This document shows positions 10,970-20,245 of a stretch of DNA of 64,000 bases, in pieces. Under the pieces are notes generated by a model, which was not told where the DNA came from, searched no databases, and saw only the letters and a program-made list of their open reading frames with translations. Positions within the stretch are counted from its first letter, which is position 1. Each line of letters begins with the position of its first letter. This DNA is from an archaeon (GTDB taxonomy: Archaea; Nanobdellota; Nanobdellia; Woesearchaeales; GW2011-AR15), in contig JABHHN010000080.1 in assembly GCA_018671515.1 (NCBI GenBank), positions 21,695-85,694 on the forward strand. Reading direction: 5' to 3'. The translations under genes were made by a program, and so were the position numbers.

Positions 10970-11236
10970 CTAAATAATATCTTCTTCAGCTATAACCATA
11001 AAGTCGCCAACTGCAATAACTGCGCTAAATGGTATTAAAATATTGTCTTGTTTATCTTTTTCAAGTTCTAGTTTCATTGTATATGCTGTTGGATTTTTGA
11101 CAGCCATATGAATTAATTCACCAGATCTTGTCTCAAATACAATGTCACCAACCTCTCCAAATCTCTTACCATTTTTGGATACAATTGTTTTTCCTATAAG
11201 CTGTTTTGAAAATTTTTTGTTATCTTCTTCTGACAT
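10970..11236 (-). CDS. PRC-barrel domain protein (CdpB-like)
   Basis: LIGKTIVSKNGKRFGEVGDIVF...IPFSAVIAVGD; SD GGTGAGG before ATG 11236. Confidence 0.85.
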   Translation of the reverse strand: MSEEDNKKFSKQLIGKTIVSKNGKRFGEVGDIVFETRSGELIHMAVKNPTAYTMKLELEKDKQDNILIPFSAVIAVGDFMVIAEEDII

Positions 11237-11328
11237 AGTAACCCTCACCTTTAATAATTTTTATTTTAATATTTTACTCAATGTTTTAGTATATATAAAT
11301 TAACTACTCATTTAAATAATTAGCTTTT

Positions 11329-12144
11329 TTACAGAGAATGGCATTTTTGTTTTAGTTCACAAGAAATACATTTATTTTTATCTTCTACATAGTCTGGAAT
11401 AATTTTAGAATTTAGTAAATTATGTGTCTTATCTTTGATTTCAATTATTTCATCTCTAAAAAAAGGATTCATGTGAACTTTCCTTTTTTCTCCATAATCT
11501 AAATATTTTATATAACCATAATCGATATTTGTATTCATTTTTTCATTTAACATCAACATATATGCTCCAATCTGATATTTATGTCCTAACCAGACTCCTT
11601 CTTGTGGCATTTTTCCTGTTTTTAATTCAATTGGTATCTGTAAACCTTTTTCATGAACTTCTATTTGATCAACTATTCCTCTAAGGCTCAAATTAGTAGA
11701 AAAAATTCTTTTTTCAGATTTTATTTTAGGAGTTAGATTATCCCAAAGAGTTTCTCCAAAATATCCTGTTTTATTTTTATATAAATAAATTTCTTGAGAT
11801 CTATTTATTGATTCTTTTTCTATATATTTCCAATTCAGATTAAATGTGTCTACAAGACCTAAATTTACAGATTTTAAACTTTTTTTATTCTTTTTTACTA
11901 CTTCTTTTAGAAGTGCAAAGTATTTGTATTTGTATTTTTTAAAAATTGAATTCTGAGTTTCATTATTTTGTATGCTTTTTATCAGACTTTCTTCTTCATT
12001 AATTATTGCGTCATATGCATGATGCCTTATTGTTCCTTTAATCATTGCTGCTTTTGGAAATTTCGAAAATTTCAAAACTCTCTCAAGATATAATTTCCTC
12101 GGACAGTATATGTATGAAGACAGCATTGTTACAGATAACATCAT
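11329..12144 (-). CDS. Solo Cas4-family RecB-like nuclease with Fe-S cysteines
   Basis: YCPR, GIVD, PIELK, QIGAY, C-terminal CxxCxxxxxC; no cas1 or array in window. Confidence 0.85.
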   Translation of the reverse strand: MMLSVTMLSSYIYCPRKLYLERVLKFSKFPKAAMIKGTIRHHAYDAIINEEESLIKSIQNNETQNSIFKKYKYKYFALLKEVVKKNKKSLKSVNLGLVDTFNLNWKYIEKESINRSQEIYLYKNKTGYFGETLWDNLTPKIKSEKRIFSTNLSLRGIVDQIEVHEKGLQIPIELKTGKMPQEGVWLGHKYQIGAYMLMLNEKMNTNIDYGYIKYLDYGEKRKVHMNPFFRDEIIEIKDKTHNLLNSKIIPDYVEDKNKCISCELKQKCHSL

Positions 12145-12250
12145 TTTAGTTAATTAAAATAAAAAATTCTATTTAAATAGGTTGGGTTAGAATGTCCAGT
12201 GGTTGGAAGCTATCATAAAAATTAAATAATCAAACATTAATCTATTTAAT

Positions 12251-12544
12251 ATGAAATTAGAATTATTTAAACCAACTAAATCTAAAACAATTATTACTCT
12301 TATCGTACTTGTTCTATGGTATTTTATTATTGGTGTGTTTTTTCGTCCAATGTGTAAATGTGCAGTTGGAGGTTTTGAAGGTTGTGTAAATTATGATTAT
12401 TTGGCATTAGTTCATCCTCATTGTCATTGTTCATGTATTAGTTTAAGTACTGCAATATTTTCAAATATAATATTTATCTTGCCTCCTATTTTATTTTACA
12501 TCATTTATTCATTTATTGAATATAATAAAACAAAGAAAAATTAA
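12251..12544 (+). CDS. Small two-TM protein with Cys-rich loop
   Basis: TM - CKC...C...HCHCSC - TM. Confidence 0.55.
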   Translation: MKLELFKPTKSKTIITLIVLVLWYFIIGVFFRPMCKCAVGGFEGCVNYDYLALVHPHCHCSCISLSTAIFSNIIFILPPILFYIIYSFIEYNKTKKN

Positions 12545-12569
12545 TATTATTTTTATCAAATAAAAAAAA

Positions 12570-13112
12570 TTACTTTGTGGGCAAAGCACCATATAACATT
12601 TTAATTGTTTCTCTAATAACTTTAATTTGTTTTTCTGGAGATTCATGACCTTCTCCTGAAAATTTCAAGTTATTTATTATAAATCCATAAGTTGTAGGTT
12701 CAAATCTATTATAATCTATATTTAAGCCAAAACAAATATTTTTTTCTTCTCTTTCATTATCTAATTGTTTTCCATTGTATATTATTTGCATTCCTGATAT
12801 TTGATAACTTACTTTGATCTCACCTATCTTTCTTGCTTTATTTTCAGATCTTGAACTTTCATACAAATCAAATAAAAAATATTTCATATTTTCCCCTGAA
12901 TTGTCTCGTCTAGCACCATCTATTAAATTTACTAAACCTTGTTTTTCAGATGATTCATATAAAACAGGGGCCTCATATTTCTGTACTTTTCCATCAATGG
13001 GTTCTTGCTCTATTAATCCGAAAGAAAATTTATAAGGCTTATCTTCTGAAACACTTAATATATCTTCTAAAAAATATCCAATTGCTTCTTTTACAGGAAC
13101 TTTATCTGTCAT
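12570..13112 (-). CDS. Hypothetical protein
   Basis: 180-aa ORF with normal composition, no recognised motif. Confidence 0.5.
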   Translation of the reverse strand: MTDKVPVKEAIGYFLEDILSVSEDKPYKFSFGLIEQEPIDGKVQKYEAPVLYESSEKQGLVNLIDGARRDNSGENMKYFLFDLYESSRSENKARKIGEIKVSYQISGMQIIYNGKQLDNEREEKNICFGLNIDYNRFEPTTYGFIINNLKFSGEGHESPEKQIKVIRETIKMLYGALPTK

Positions 13113-13237
13113 AAAAAAAGAATAAAAATAATATATTTAAATATTTACTATTTTACAGTAATGAATTTATCCTTCAATAATTAAAATATTGTATACAAAA
13201 TTAAAAATAGAATTTAAGATTTATTCTCCCACGTTAA

Positions 13238-13246
13238 TTTTATATA
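13238..13246 (+). promoter_or_regulatory. Putative TATA box for the aro operon leader
   Basis: TTTTATATA about 25 nt upstream of leader ATG 13271. Confidence 0.5.
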
Positions 13247-13270
13247 TAACTTAACAATTACATAAACCCT

Positions 13271-13360
13271 ATGTATAGCAATATCGAGCATATGAACTTG
13301 AATTTTGAGAATAAGTTAGATGCATTTACATTTTGGTTTACATATTTCTTTTTTTATTAA
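13271..13360 (+). CDS. Putative aromatic-amino-acid leader peptide (29 aa)
   Basis: MYSNIEHMNLNFENKLDAFTFWFTYFFFY*; 9 of last 11 codons are Phe/Trp/Tyr; precedes DAHP synthase. Confidence 0.75.
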   Translation: MYSNIEHMNLNFENKLDAFTFWFTYFFFY

Positions 13361-13432
13361 CGGTCTGGTTAAGATTAACAAAAATCTTGCAAGATGTTAA
13401 AAATTTAAATTTTTAATTTCTAAACCGGACCG
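13361..13432 (+). promoter_or_regulatory. Leader RNA stem-loop, candidate attenuator
   Basis: CGGTCTGGTTAAGA (13361-13374) pairs with TCTAAACCGGACCG (13419-13432) with one G-U and one mismatch; inner palindrome ATCTTGCAAGAT. Confidence 0.65.
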
Positions 13433-13491
13433 ACGCAACGATATTAGTTATTCTAAATTTTATAAAAAAATAAGAACACTTGGGTGAAAAA

Positions 13492-14511
13492 ATGATAATT
13501 GTAATGAAACCAAATACAGTAAAAGAAAACATAGATAAAGTAATCAAAAAAATTGAAGACAATGGACTTAAATCAGTTCCATTATTCGGTACTGAAAAGA
13601 CAGTCATAGCAGTCATTGGAGATTCTAGAAAATATGCAGTTGAAGGATGGAAAGCAATGATTGGTGTTGAGAGTGTCACAAAAATCCTAAAACCATACAA
13701 ACTTGCAAGTAGAAGCCATAATCCAAAAGGTACAATTATAAAAGTTGATGATGTAGAAATTGGAAATGGTAAATTTATAGTCATGGCAGGACCATGTTCA
13801 ATTGAAAGTGAAGAACAAATTATGGAATCTGCAAAAATATTAAAAGATCGAGGAATAAAAATACTTCGAGCTTCTGCATTCAAACCAAGATCTTCTCCTT
13901 ATGCTTTTCAAGGAATGGGTATTGAAGGTCTAAAATTATTAAAAAAAGTAAAAGATGAAACTGGATTAATTGTTGAAACAGAAGTTATGGATGTTCGTGA
14001 TGTAAAGATTGCTGCTGAATATGTTGACATATTAAGAGTTGGTGCAAGAAATATGCAGAATTTTGATCTTCTAAAAGAACTAGGAAGAATAAAAAAACCT
14101 GTAATCTTAAAACGTGGATTAAGTGCTACAATTGATGAATTCATAATGGCTGCAGAATATATACTTTCTGAAGGGAATCCAAATGTCATATTCTGTGAAA
14201 GAGGAATTAGAACTTTTGAGACAAAAGCATATAGAAATACAATGGATATTGCTGCTGTACCTGTACTAAAAAAATTAACACATTTACCAGTAATTGTTGA
14301 TCCAAGTCATGCTGCAGGAAATAGAGAATTAGTATTACCTCTTAGTAAAGCTGCTGCTGCAATTGGTGCTGATGGAATTTTAGTTGAAGTACATCCTAAT
14401 CCTGCACAAGCAATAAGTGATGGAGCGCAAAGCTTATATCCTGAACAGTTTGATGAATTATTAGAAGGTATAAAACCAATATGTAAAGCTGTAGGAAAAG
14501 AGATATCATGA
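13492..14511 (+). CDS. aroF: DAHP synthase class I-beta with N-terminal regulatory domain
   Basis: AGPCSIES, KPRSSPY, GARNMQN, DPSH, SDG; SD GGTGA before ATG 13492. Confidence 0.95.
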   Translation: MIIVMKPNTVKENIDKVIKKIEDNGLKSVPLFGTEKTVIAVIGDSRKYAVEGWKAMIGVESVTKILKPYKLASRSHNPKGTIIKVDDVEIGNGKFIVMAGPCSIESEEQIMESAKILKDRGIKILRASAFKPRSSPYAFQGMGIEGLKLLKKVKDETGLIVETEVMDVRDVKIAAEYVDILRVGARNMQNFDLLKELGRIKKPVILKRGLSATIDEFIMAAEYILSEGNPNVIFCERGIRTFETKAYRNTMDIAAVPVLKKLTHLPVIVDPSHAAGNRELVLPLSKAAAAIGADGILVEVHPNPAQAISDGAQSLYPEQFDELLEGIKPICKAVGKEIS

Positions 14512-15611
14512 AAATAAAAGTTGACTTAAAAAAAGAAATTGATGATTCCTATAATATAAGTATAGGAAAAAATCTTTTTTCTCAAATTTTATCTTTTTTA
14601 AAAGAGAGAAAAGAAATTGGAAAGATAGCTATAATTACTGATGACAATGTAAAAAAATTACATGGAATACAATTAAAAGAAAATTTAGAAAAAGAAGGAA
14701 TTTTATGTTATCTAATTTCTTTTAATCATGGAGAAAAAAACAAAAATAGAAAAACAAAACAAAAACTAGAAGATTCGCTTCTTGATTTGGGTTTTGGACG
14801 TGACTCTCTTTTGATTTCTCTAGGTGGAGGAGTTGTTGGTGATATGACTGGATTTGTTGCTTCAACACTAAATAGAGGAATTCCATATATACAGATTCCA
14901 ACAACATTACTTTCAATGATTGATAGTTCTGTTGGTGGAAAAACAGGAGTTGACACAAAACAGGGGAAAAACCTTATTGGGACATTCCATCAACCAGAAG
15001 CAGTATTCATAGATATCAATTATTTAAACACTTTACCACAAAAAGAATTCATAAATGGAATGGCAGAACAAATAAAACATTCTATAATCTCTGATTTAGA
15101 TTTGTTTAGTTTCATAGAACAAAATTTGGATTCTATATTAAAAAAAGAAGAAAAAACATTGTTGAAATGCATAACCAAAAGTTGTAAAATAAAATCTAAA
15201 ATAGTTAATCTAGATGAAAAAGAATCTGATGGAATAAGACAAATATTAAATTTTGGTCACACAATTGGTCATGTTATTGAAAAAGAATCTAAATTTAAAA
15301 TACCACATGGATTTGCAATATCTATAGGTATGTCAGTAGAAGCAAAAATTGCAAATGAATTAGGATTAATTGATAAATTAAGTATTGAAAAAATTGATTC
15401 GTTATTGAAAAGAACAAGACTTTTTATTAAAGTTCCAAAAGAAATTTCTACAAATAATATTATGAAGAGTCTATCTCTTGATAAAAAATCTAAAAAAGGT
15501 ATCCCTAAATTTATTCTAATAAGTGGAATAGGAAAAGTAAAAAATAAACCTAATTATTCACATTTTGTAGATGAAAAAATAATAATTAAATCAATAAATG
15601 ATTCAAAATGA
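14508..15611 (+). CDS. aroB: 3-dehydroquinate synthase
   Basis: GGGVVGD, PTTLL, DSSVGGK, KNLIG, LNFGHT. Confidence 0.97.
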   Translation: MKIKVDLKKEIDDSYNISIGKNLFSQILSFLKERKEIGKIAIITDDNVKKLHGIQLKENLEKEGILCYLISFNHGEKNKNRKTKQKLEDSLLDLGFGRDSLLISLGGGVVGDMTGFVASTLNRGIPYIQIPTTLLSMIDSSVGGKTGVDTKQGKNLIGTFHQPEAVFIDINYLNTLPQKEFINGMAEQIKHSIISDLDLFSFIEQNLDSILKKEEKTLLKCITKSCKIKSKIVNLDEKESDGIRQILNFGHTIGHVIEKESKFKIPHGFAISIGMSVEAKIANELGLIDKLSIEKIDSLLKRTRLFIKVPKEISTNNIMKSLSLDKKSKKGIPKFILISGIGKVKNKPNYSHFVDEKIIIKSINDSK

Positions 15612-16891
15612 AAACTTACGAAATAATTCCAATAAAAGAATTGAATGCTGAAATAGAAATACCTGGAAATAAATATATTGCTAATAGGTTATTGATAATT
15701 GCTTCTCTTGCAAAAGGAAAATCAATCTTGAAAAATCTTCCTGACAACCAAGACATAAATAATGCCATTAATGTAATACAAAAATTTGGAATCAAAATTG
15801 AAAAAAATGGAAATGACTTAGTGATTTATGGTAACGGCGGTGAATTAAAAACACCTAATGAAGAAGTAAATGTAGGTGAATCTGGGACTTTCATGAGATT
15901 CATAACTGGTTTTTCAACTCTAATCAAAGGAAATGTTAAAATTACTGGTGAAAATAAGATTAAAGAAAGACCAATTAAAGAATTATTAGATGCATTCTGT
16001 GATTTAGGTGTTAATGCAAAATCTTTAAATGATATATACCCACCTATTGAAATAAATAGTAATGGACTTGCTGGTGGAAAAATAAAAATTCCTGGAAACA
16101 TTTCCAGTCAATATATCAGTTCAATTCTTTTAGTTGCACCATATGCAAATTCAGATGTAGAAATTGAAATTACAATTCCACTTGTATCAAAAAAGTTTGT
16201 TGATTTGACAATCGATTGTATGGAAAAATTTGGTGTAGTTGTAGAAGAAAAAGAGGATTATAAAAAATTTATAATCAAATCTGGCCAAAGATACAAACCA
16301 AAAGAATATACAATACCTTCAGACTGGGCTTCTGCAAGCTATTTCTTTGCATTAGCTGCTATTTTACCTGGTTCAATAAAAGTTATGAATCTTGATTTAA
16401 AATCTCCGCAAGGAGAATCTGAATTTCCAGATCTTCTTGTAAATATGGGTTGCATGTATAGAAGAAATCATAAATGGCTTCAAATAACAGGTCTTGGAAA
16501 TCTTAGAGGAATAAATATTGATATGTCTGATATGCCTGATGTAGTCCAAACTCTAACAATCGTTGCTGCTTTTTGTAAAGGAACTACCACTATAAGAAAT
16601 ATTGAACATTTAAAATATAAAGAAAGCGATAGAGTAAAAGATACTGCAGAAGAATTAAAAAAATTAGGTATTGATGTAGAATATAATGAAAATGAAATAA
16701 AAATTACTGGTGGAAATATTTCTCCTACAATTATTGATTCTCATAATGATCATAGAATGGCTATGTCTTTTGCTATCGCTGGACTAAAAGTTCCTGGAAT
16801 TAAAATCACGAATCCTGATTGTGTTTCAAAATCATTTCCTGGATTCTGGAATAAATTAAAAGAAATTGGAGCTGAAATAAAAAGTGTCTAA
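15608..16891 (+). CDS. aroA: EPSP synthase
   Basis: GESGT, ISSQY, KESDR, DHRMAM, KSFP. Confidence 0.95.
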   Translation: MKTYEIIPIKELNAEIEIPGNKYIANRLLIIASLAKGKSILKNLPDNQDINNAINVIQKFGIKIEKNGNDLVIYGNGGELKTPNEEVNVGESGTFMRFITGFSTLIKGNVKITGENKIKERPIKELLDAFCDLGVNAKSLNDIYPPIEINSNGLAGGKIKIPGNISSQYISSILLVAPYANSDVEIEITIPLVSKKFVDLTIDCMEKFGVVVEEKEDYKKFIIKSGQRYKPKEYTIPSDWASASYFFALAAILPGSIKVMNLDLKSPQGESEFPDLLVNMGCMYRRNHKWLQITGLGNLRGINIDMSDMPDVVQTLTIVAAFCKGTTTIRNIEHLKYKESDRVKDTAEELKKLGIDVEYNENEIKITGGNISPTIIDSHNDHRMAMSFAIAGLKVPGIKITNPDCVSKSFPGFWNKLKEIGAEIKSV

Positions 16892-17372
16892 AGAAATGGC
16901 AAATGCCATAATAAAAAAAGGCGATAAAATACTTATCATAAAAAGAAGTGATATTCCGATTTGGGAATTTCCATCTGGAAAAAAAGAAAATAATGAAACA
17001 TTCAAACAAGCAGCAATTAGAGAAACAAAAGAAGAAACAGGACTTGTTGTAGAAATTGAATATGAACTTGGAAAATATGAAAATAAATTATTATTTAGAA
17101 ATGTCATAAGTAAAACATTTGTATGCAAAATAAAAAGTGGAAAAATAACAAAAAATAGAGAAGTTATAGATTTCAAATTTGTAGATCCAAAAAAATTACC
17201 AAGTGATTTTGGATTTTGGTTAAAATCTACAACTAATGATTTTATAAAAAATAAAAAAAATGTTAATATAAAACAAAAATTTGGATTAATCACATGTTTT
17301 AAGTTCTTAATAAAAAATCCTCATTTTAGTTTTTATCCATTTTCAATATTAAAAAATTTAATCCGAAACTAA
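16884..17372 (+). CDS. Nudix hydrolase
   Basis: Nudix box GKKENNETFKQAAIRETKEETGL. Confidence 0.85.
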   Translation: MSKEMANAIIKKGDKILIIKRSDIPIWEFPSGKKENNETFKQAAIRETKEETGLVVEIEYELGKYENKLLFRNVISKTFVCKIKSGKITKNREVIDFKFVDPKKLPSDFGFWLKSTTNDFIKNKKNVNIKQKFGLITCFKFLIKNPHFSFYPFSILKNLIRN

Positions 17373-17374
17373 AA

Positions 17375-17884
17375 ATGAAAAATATTTATTTAATAGGGTA
17401 TAGAGCAACTGGAAAATCTACTGTCTCTAATATAATAAAAGAAAAACTAGGAAAAGAAGTCATACATATGGATGATGAATTAATAAAAAAGATTGGAGAA
17501 ATAGGTAAATTTGTATCTATTAATGGATGGGATGCATTTAGAGATGAAGAATCAAAATTATTGAAAGAAATATCAAAAAAAAACAATATAATTATTGATT
17601 GTGGTGGAGGTATAATTGTCAGAGATAAAAATATTGAACTGATTAAAAAAACAGGAATTTGTTTTTGGTTAAAAGCATCAGCATCTACCATTGCTAAAAG
17701 ATTAAAATCTGATAAAAAAATTATCAGACCTTCATTAACACAAACAAAATCAACAATAGATGAAATTAAAGAAGTATTGAATAAAAGAATTCCTCTATAT
17801 GAAAAAACATCAAATTATCAAATTGATACTGAAAATAAAAGTATTGGAAAAATTACTGATGAAATTATGGAGTTGCTAAAATGA
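17375..17884 (+). CDS. aroK: Shikimate kinase, bacterial P-loop type
   Basis: GYRATGKST, FRDEE, GGG, RP motifs. Confidence 0.92.
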   Translation: MKNIYLIGYRATGKSTVSNIIKEKLGKEVIHMDDELIKKIGEIGKFVSINGWDAFRDEESKLLKEISKKNNIIIDCGGGIIVRDKNIELIKKTGICFWLKASASTIAKRLKSDKKIIRPSLTQTKSTIDEIKEVLNKRIPLYEKTSNYQIDTENKSIGKITDEIMELLK

Positions 17885-19368
17885 CAAGAATTTGTATTCC
17901 TATTGTAGCAGAAACTATAGATAATTTCATAAAAGATATAAAAAAGGCAGAAATTTTAAGTGACTTAATTGAACTAAGAATTGATTATATTAAAGATTTT
18001 AAAATTGATAAACTTGAAAAACTGATTAAAAATTGTACTAAAGATTTTATTATTACTTGTAGACCAAAAAATAATGGTGGTAAATTTGAAGGTAATGAAA
18101 AAGAAAGAATTTCTATTCTTGAAAAAGCAATTGATTTAGAATGTCCATTTATTGATTTAGAAATAGAAACTGAAAATAAAACTATATTAAACTTAATCAA
18201 TAAAAAACAGAAAACAAAAATTATCCTATCTTACCATGATTTCAAAAAAACTAATTCTCTCAAAAAACTAAAGATAAAATATGATGAAATGAACTCTTAT
18301 TTTCCTGATTTTTTAAAAATTGTAACTTATGCAAATTCTATAAATGATAATTTTAATATATTTAGTTTGTTAAATGAAAAATCAAATCTAATATCTTTCT
18401 GTATGGGAATAAGAGGTCATATTTCAAGAATATTAACTGCAAAATATGGTTCATATATTTCATATGTTTGTTTAGAAGAAGGAAAGGAATCTGCAGATGG
18501 ACAGATAAGTGCAAAATATATTGAAGATGTATATAATTTTTCATCTATTAATAAAGAAACAAAAGTTCTTGGTGTGTTAGGTAGTGTTGCAGAAAACTCA
18601 AAATCTAAATTCATGCATAATGCTAATTTCAAAAAGAAGAAACTAAATTTTATTTATATACCATTTAAAGTAAGAAAAGAAGAATTAAAAGAACTTATTA
18701 AAAATTTTAAAATTTTTGAATTCAGAGGTGGAGCTGTCACTATTCCACATAAAGAAGACATTATGCAATATTTTAATAATATTGATAATACTGCAAAAAT
18801 TATTGGAGCTACAAATACTTTTGTAAATGATAATAGTATTTTTAGTGGACATAATACTGATTATTATGGAGCAGAACATGCACTAAAAGAAATCACAAAA
18901 TTAAAAGATAAAAAAATTCTTGTAATAGGTGCAGGTGGAGCTGCAAGATCTTTATGTTATGTTCTAAATAAAGAAAAATCAAATTTTACAATAATAAACA
19001 GAACATACGAAAAAGCTAAATTACTTGCAGATGAATTCAATGGTTCTTGTTCTAAATTTAAAGAATTAAAAAAAGAAATTAATAATAATGATATAATAAT
19101 TAATACAACTAGTGTTGGGATGAATCCAAACAATAATGAATGTATTATTGAGGAGAAAATATTTCCAAAAAATAAAATAATAATGGATATGGTTTACAAT
19201 CCTATTGAAACTGTCCTTATTAAATTAGCAAATAAAAATAATTGTACAATTATTACCGGAGATAGAATGCTTGCTTATCAAGCAATTGGACAATTCAAAC
19301 TTTGGACAGGAGTTGATCCTGATTTTGATTTAATGCAAAAGGCTTTGCTGGAGCATTTAGATGAATGA
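17881..19368 (+). CDS. aroDE: Fused type I dehydroquinate dehydratase / shikimate dehydrogenase
   Basis: ELRID, SYHDF, MG..G.ISR, then VTIPHK, NTD, GAGGAA. Confidence 0.92.
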   Translation: MTRICIPIVAETIDNFIKDIKKAEILSDLIELRIDYIKDFKIDKLEKLIKNCTKDFIITCRPKNNGGKFEGNEKERISILEKAIDLECPFIDLEIETENKTILNLINKKQKTKIILSYHDFKKTNSLKKLKIKYDEMNSYFPDFLKIVTYANSINDNFNIFSLLNEKSNLISFCMGIRGHISRILTAKYGSYISYVCLEEGKESADGQISAKYIEDVYNFSSINKETKVLGVLGSVAENSKSKFMHNANFKKKKLNFIYIPFKVRKEELKELIKNFKIFEFRGGAVTIPHKEDIMQYFNNIDNTAKIIGATNTFVNDNSIFSGHNTDYYGAEHALKEITKLKDKKILVIGAGGAARSLCYVLNKEKSNFTIINRTYEKAKLLADEFNGSCSKFKELKKEINNNDIIINTTSVGMNPNNNECIIEEKIFPKNKIIMDMVYNPIETVLIKLANKNNCTIITGDRMLAYQAIGQFKLWTGVDPDFDLMQKALLEHLDE

Positions 19369-20239
19369 TTTAATTGGAGTCGGACTAGGAATACTAAGTG
19401 GACTATTAGATGCGACAAAAAATGCATTATTTAGGTATTCTAAAAACAAAGTCGATCCTTTAACTTTTGGTCTTTACGGTGTATTTATTGCAACATTGAT
19501 TATGCTACCAATTCTTTTGTTTCATGGAATTGTTATTTTAAATGTAAATTTCTGGTATTCACTTATTGCTGTCACATTTTTAGATGGGATTTCATCTCTT
19601 ATGTATATCAAGGCAATTCAGATTTCTGGATTAAGTAACACTGTTCCACTTATAACTATAACACCAATATTTATTGTAATAATTGAATTTTTTATTTTAG
19701 GAGATATTCCTTCAAAATTAGGATTCTTAGGAATATTTTTGATTGTCATAGGTGCTTATTTACTTAATTTCAAAAAAAAGAATAAAAATTATTTGGAACC
19801 TTTTAAAAGTTTAATGAATGATAAAGGATCCAAGACAATGCTAATTGTATCTTTTTTGTTTGCTGTCGTTGCAATTTTATATAAGACTGGAATAAATGCT
19901 TCAGATGAAATAACTTTTTTTTCATTTGCTGTATTTTCTATCTTTATTTTCTATTTTTTTATTGCATTATTTAAAATAGATTGGAAAACATTTGTTAAAG
20001 CTAGAAAGTACTTTAAAATATTTTTTTTTACTTCAATCATTGGAACTATTGGTTCATTATTGACTACATTTGTTATGAAAATAATATATGTTAGTTATGC
20101 AATATCTTTAAAGAGACTTTCAGTTTTATTTAGTGTATTAATTGGATTTTTGATATTTAAAGAAAAAAATTTCAAAGAAAAAATAATAGGAAGTATCATT
20201 ATGGTAATAGGAGTATTAATAATAGGTTTATATGGGTGA
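19361..20239 (+). CDS. EamA/DMT family transporter
   Basis: About 10 TM segments in two EamA repeats. Confidence 0.85.
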   Translation: MNDLIGVGLGILSGLLDATKNALFRYSKNKVDPLTFGLYGVFIATLIMLPILLFHGIVILNVNFWYSLIAVTFLDGISSLMYIKAIQISGLSNTVPLITITPIFIVIIEFFILGDIPSKLGFLGIFLIVIGAYLLNFKKKNKNYLEPFKSLMNDKGSKTMLIVSFLFAVVAILYKTGINASDEITFFSFAVFSIFIFYFFIALFKIDWKTFVKARKYFKIFFFTSIIGTIGSLLTTFVMKIIYVSYAISLKRLSVLFSVLIGFLIFKEKNFKEKIIGSIIMVIGVLIIGLYG

Positions 20240-20245
20240 GAAAAT

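Noticed and set aside
12180..12212. GC-richer intergenic patch GTTGGGTTAGAATGTCCAGTGGTTGGAAGC as tRNA fragment, att site or ORB
   Set aside because: No cloverleaf, no second copy, only a partial ORB-like match.
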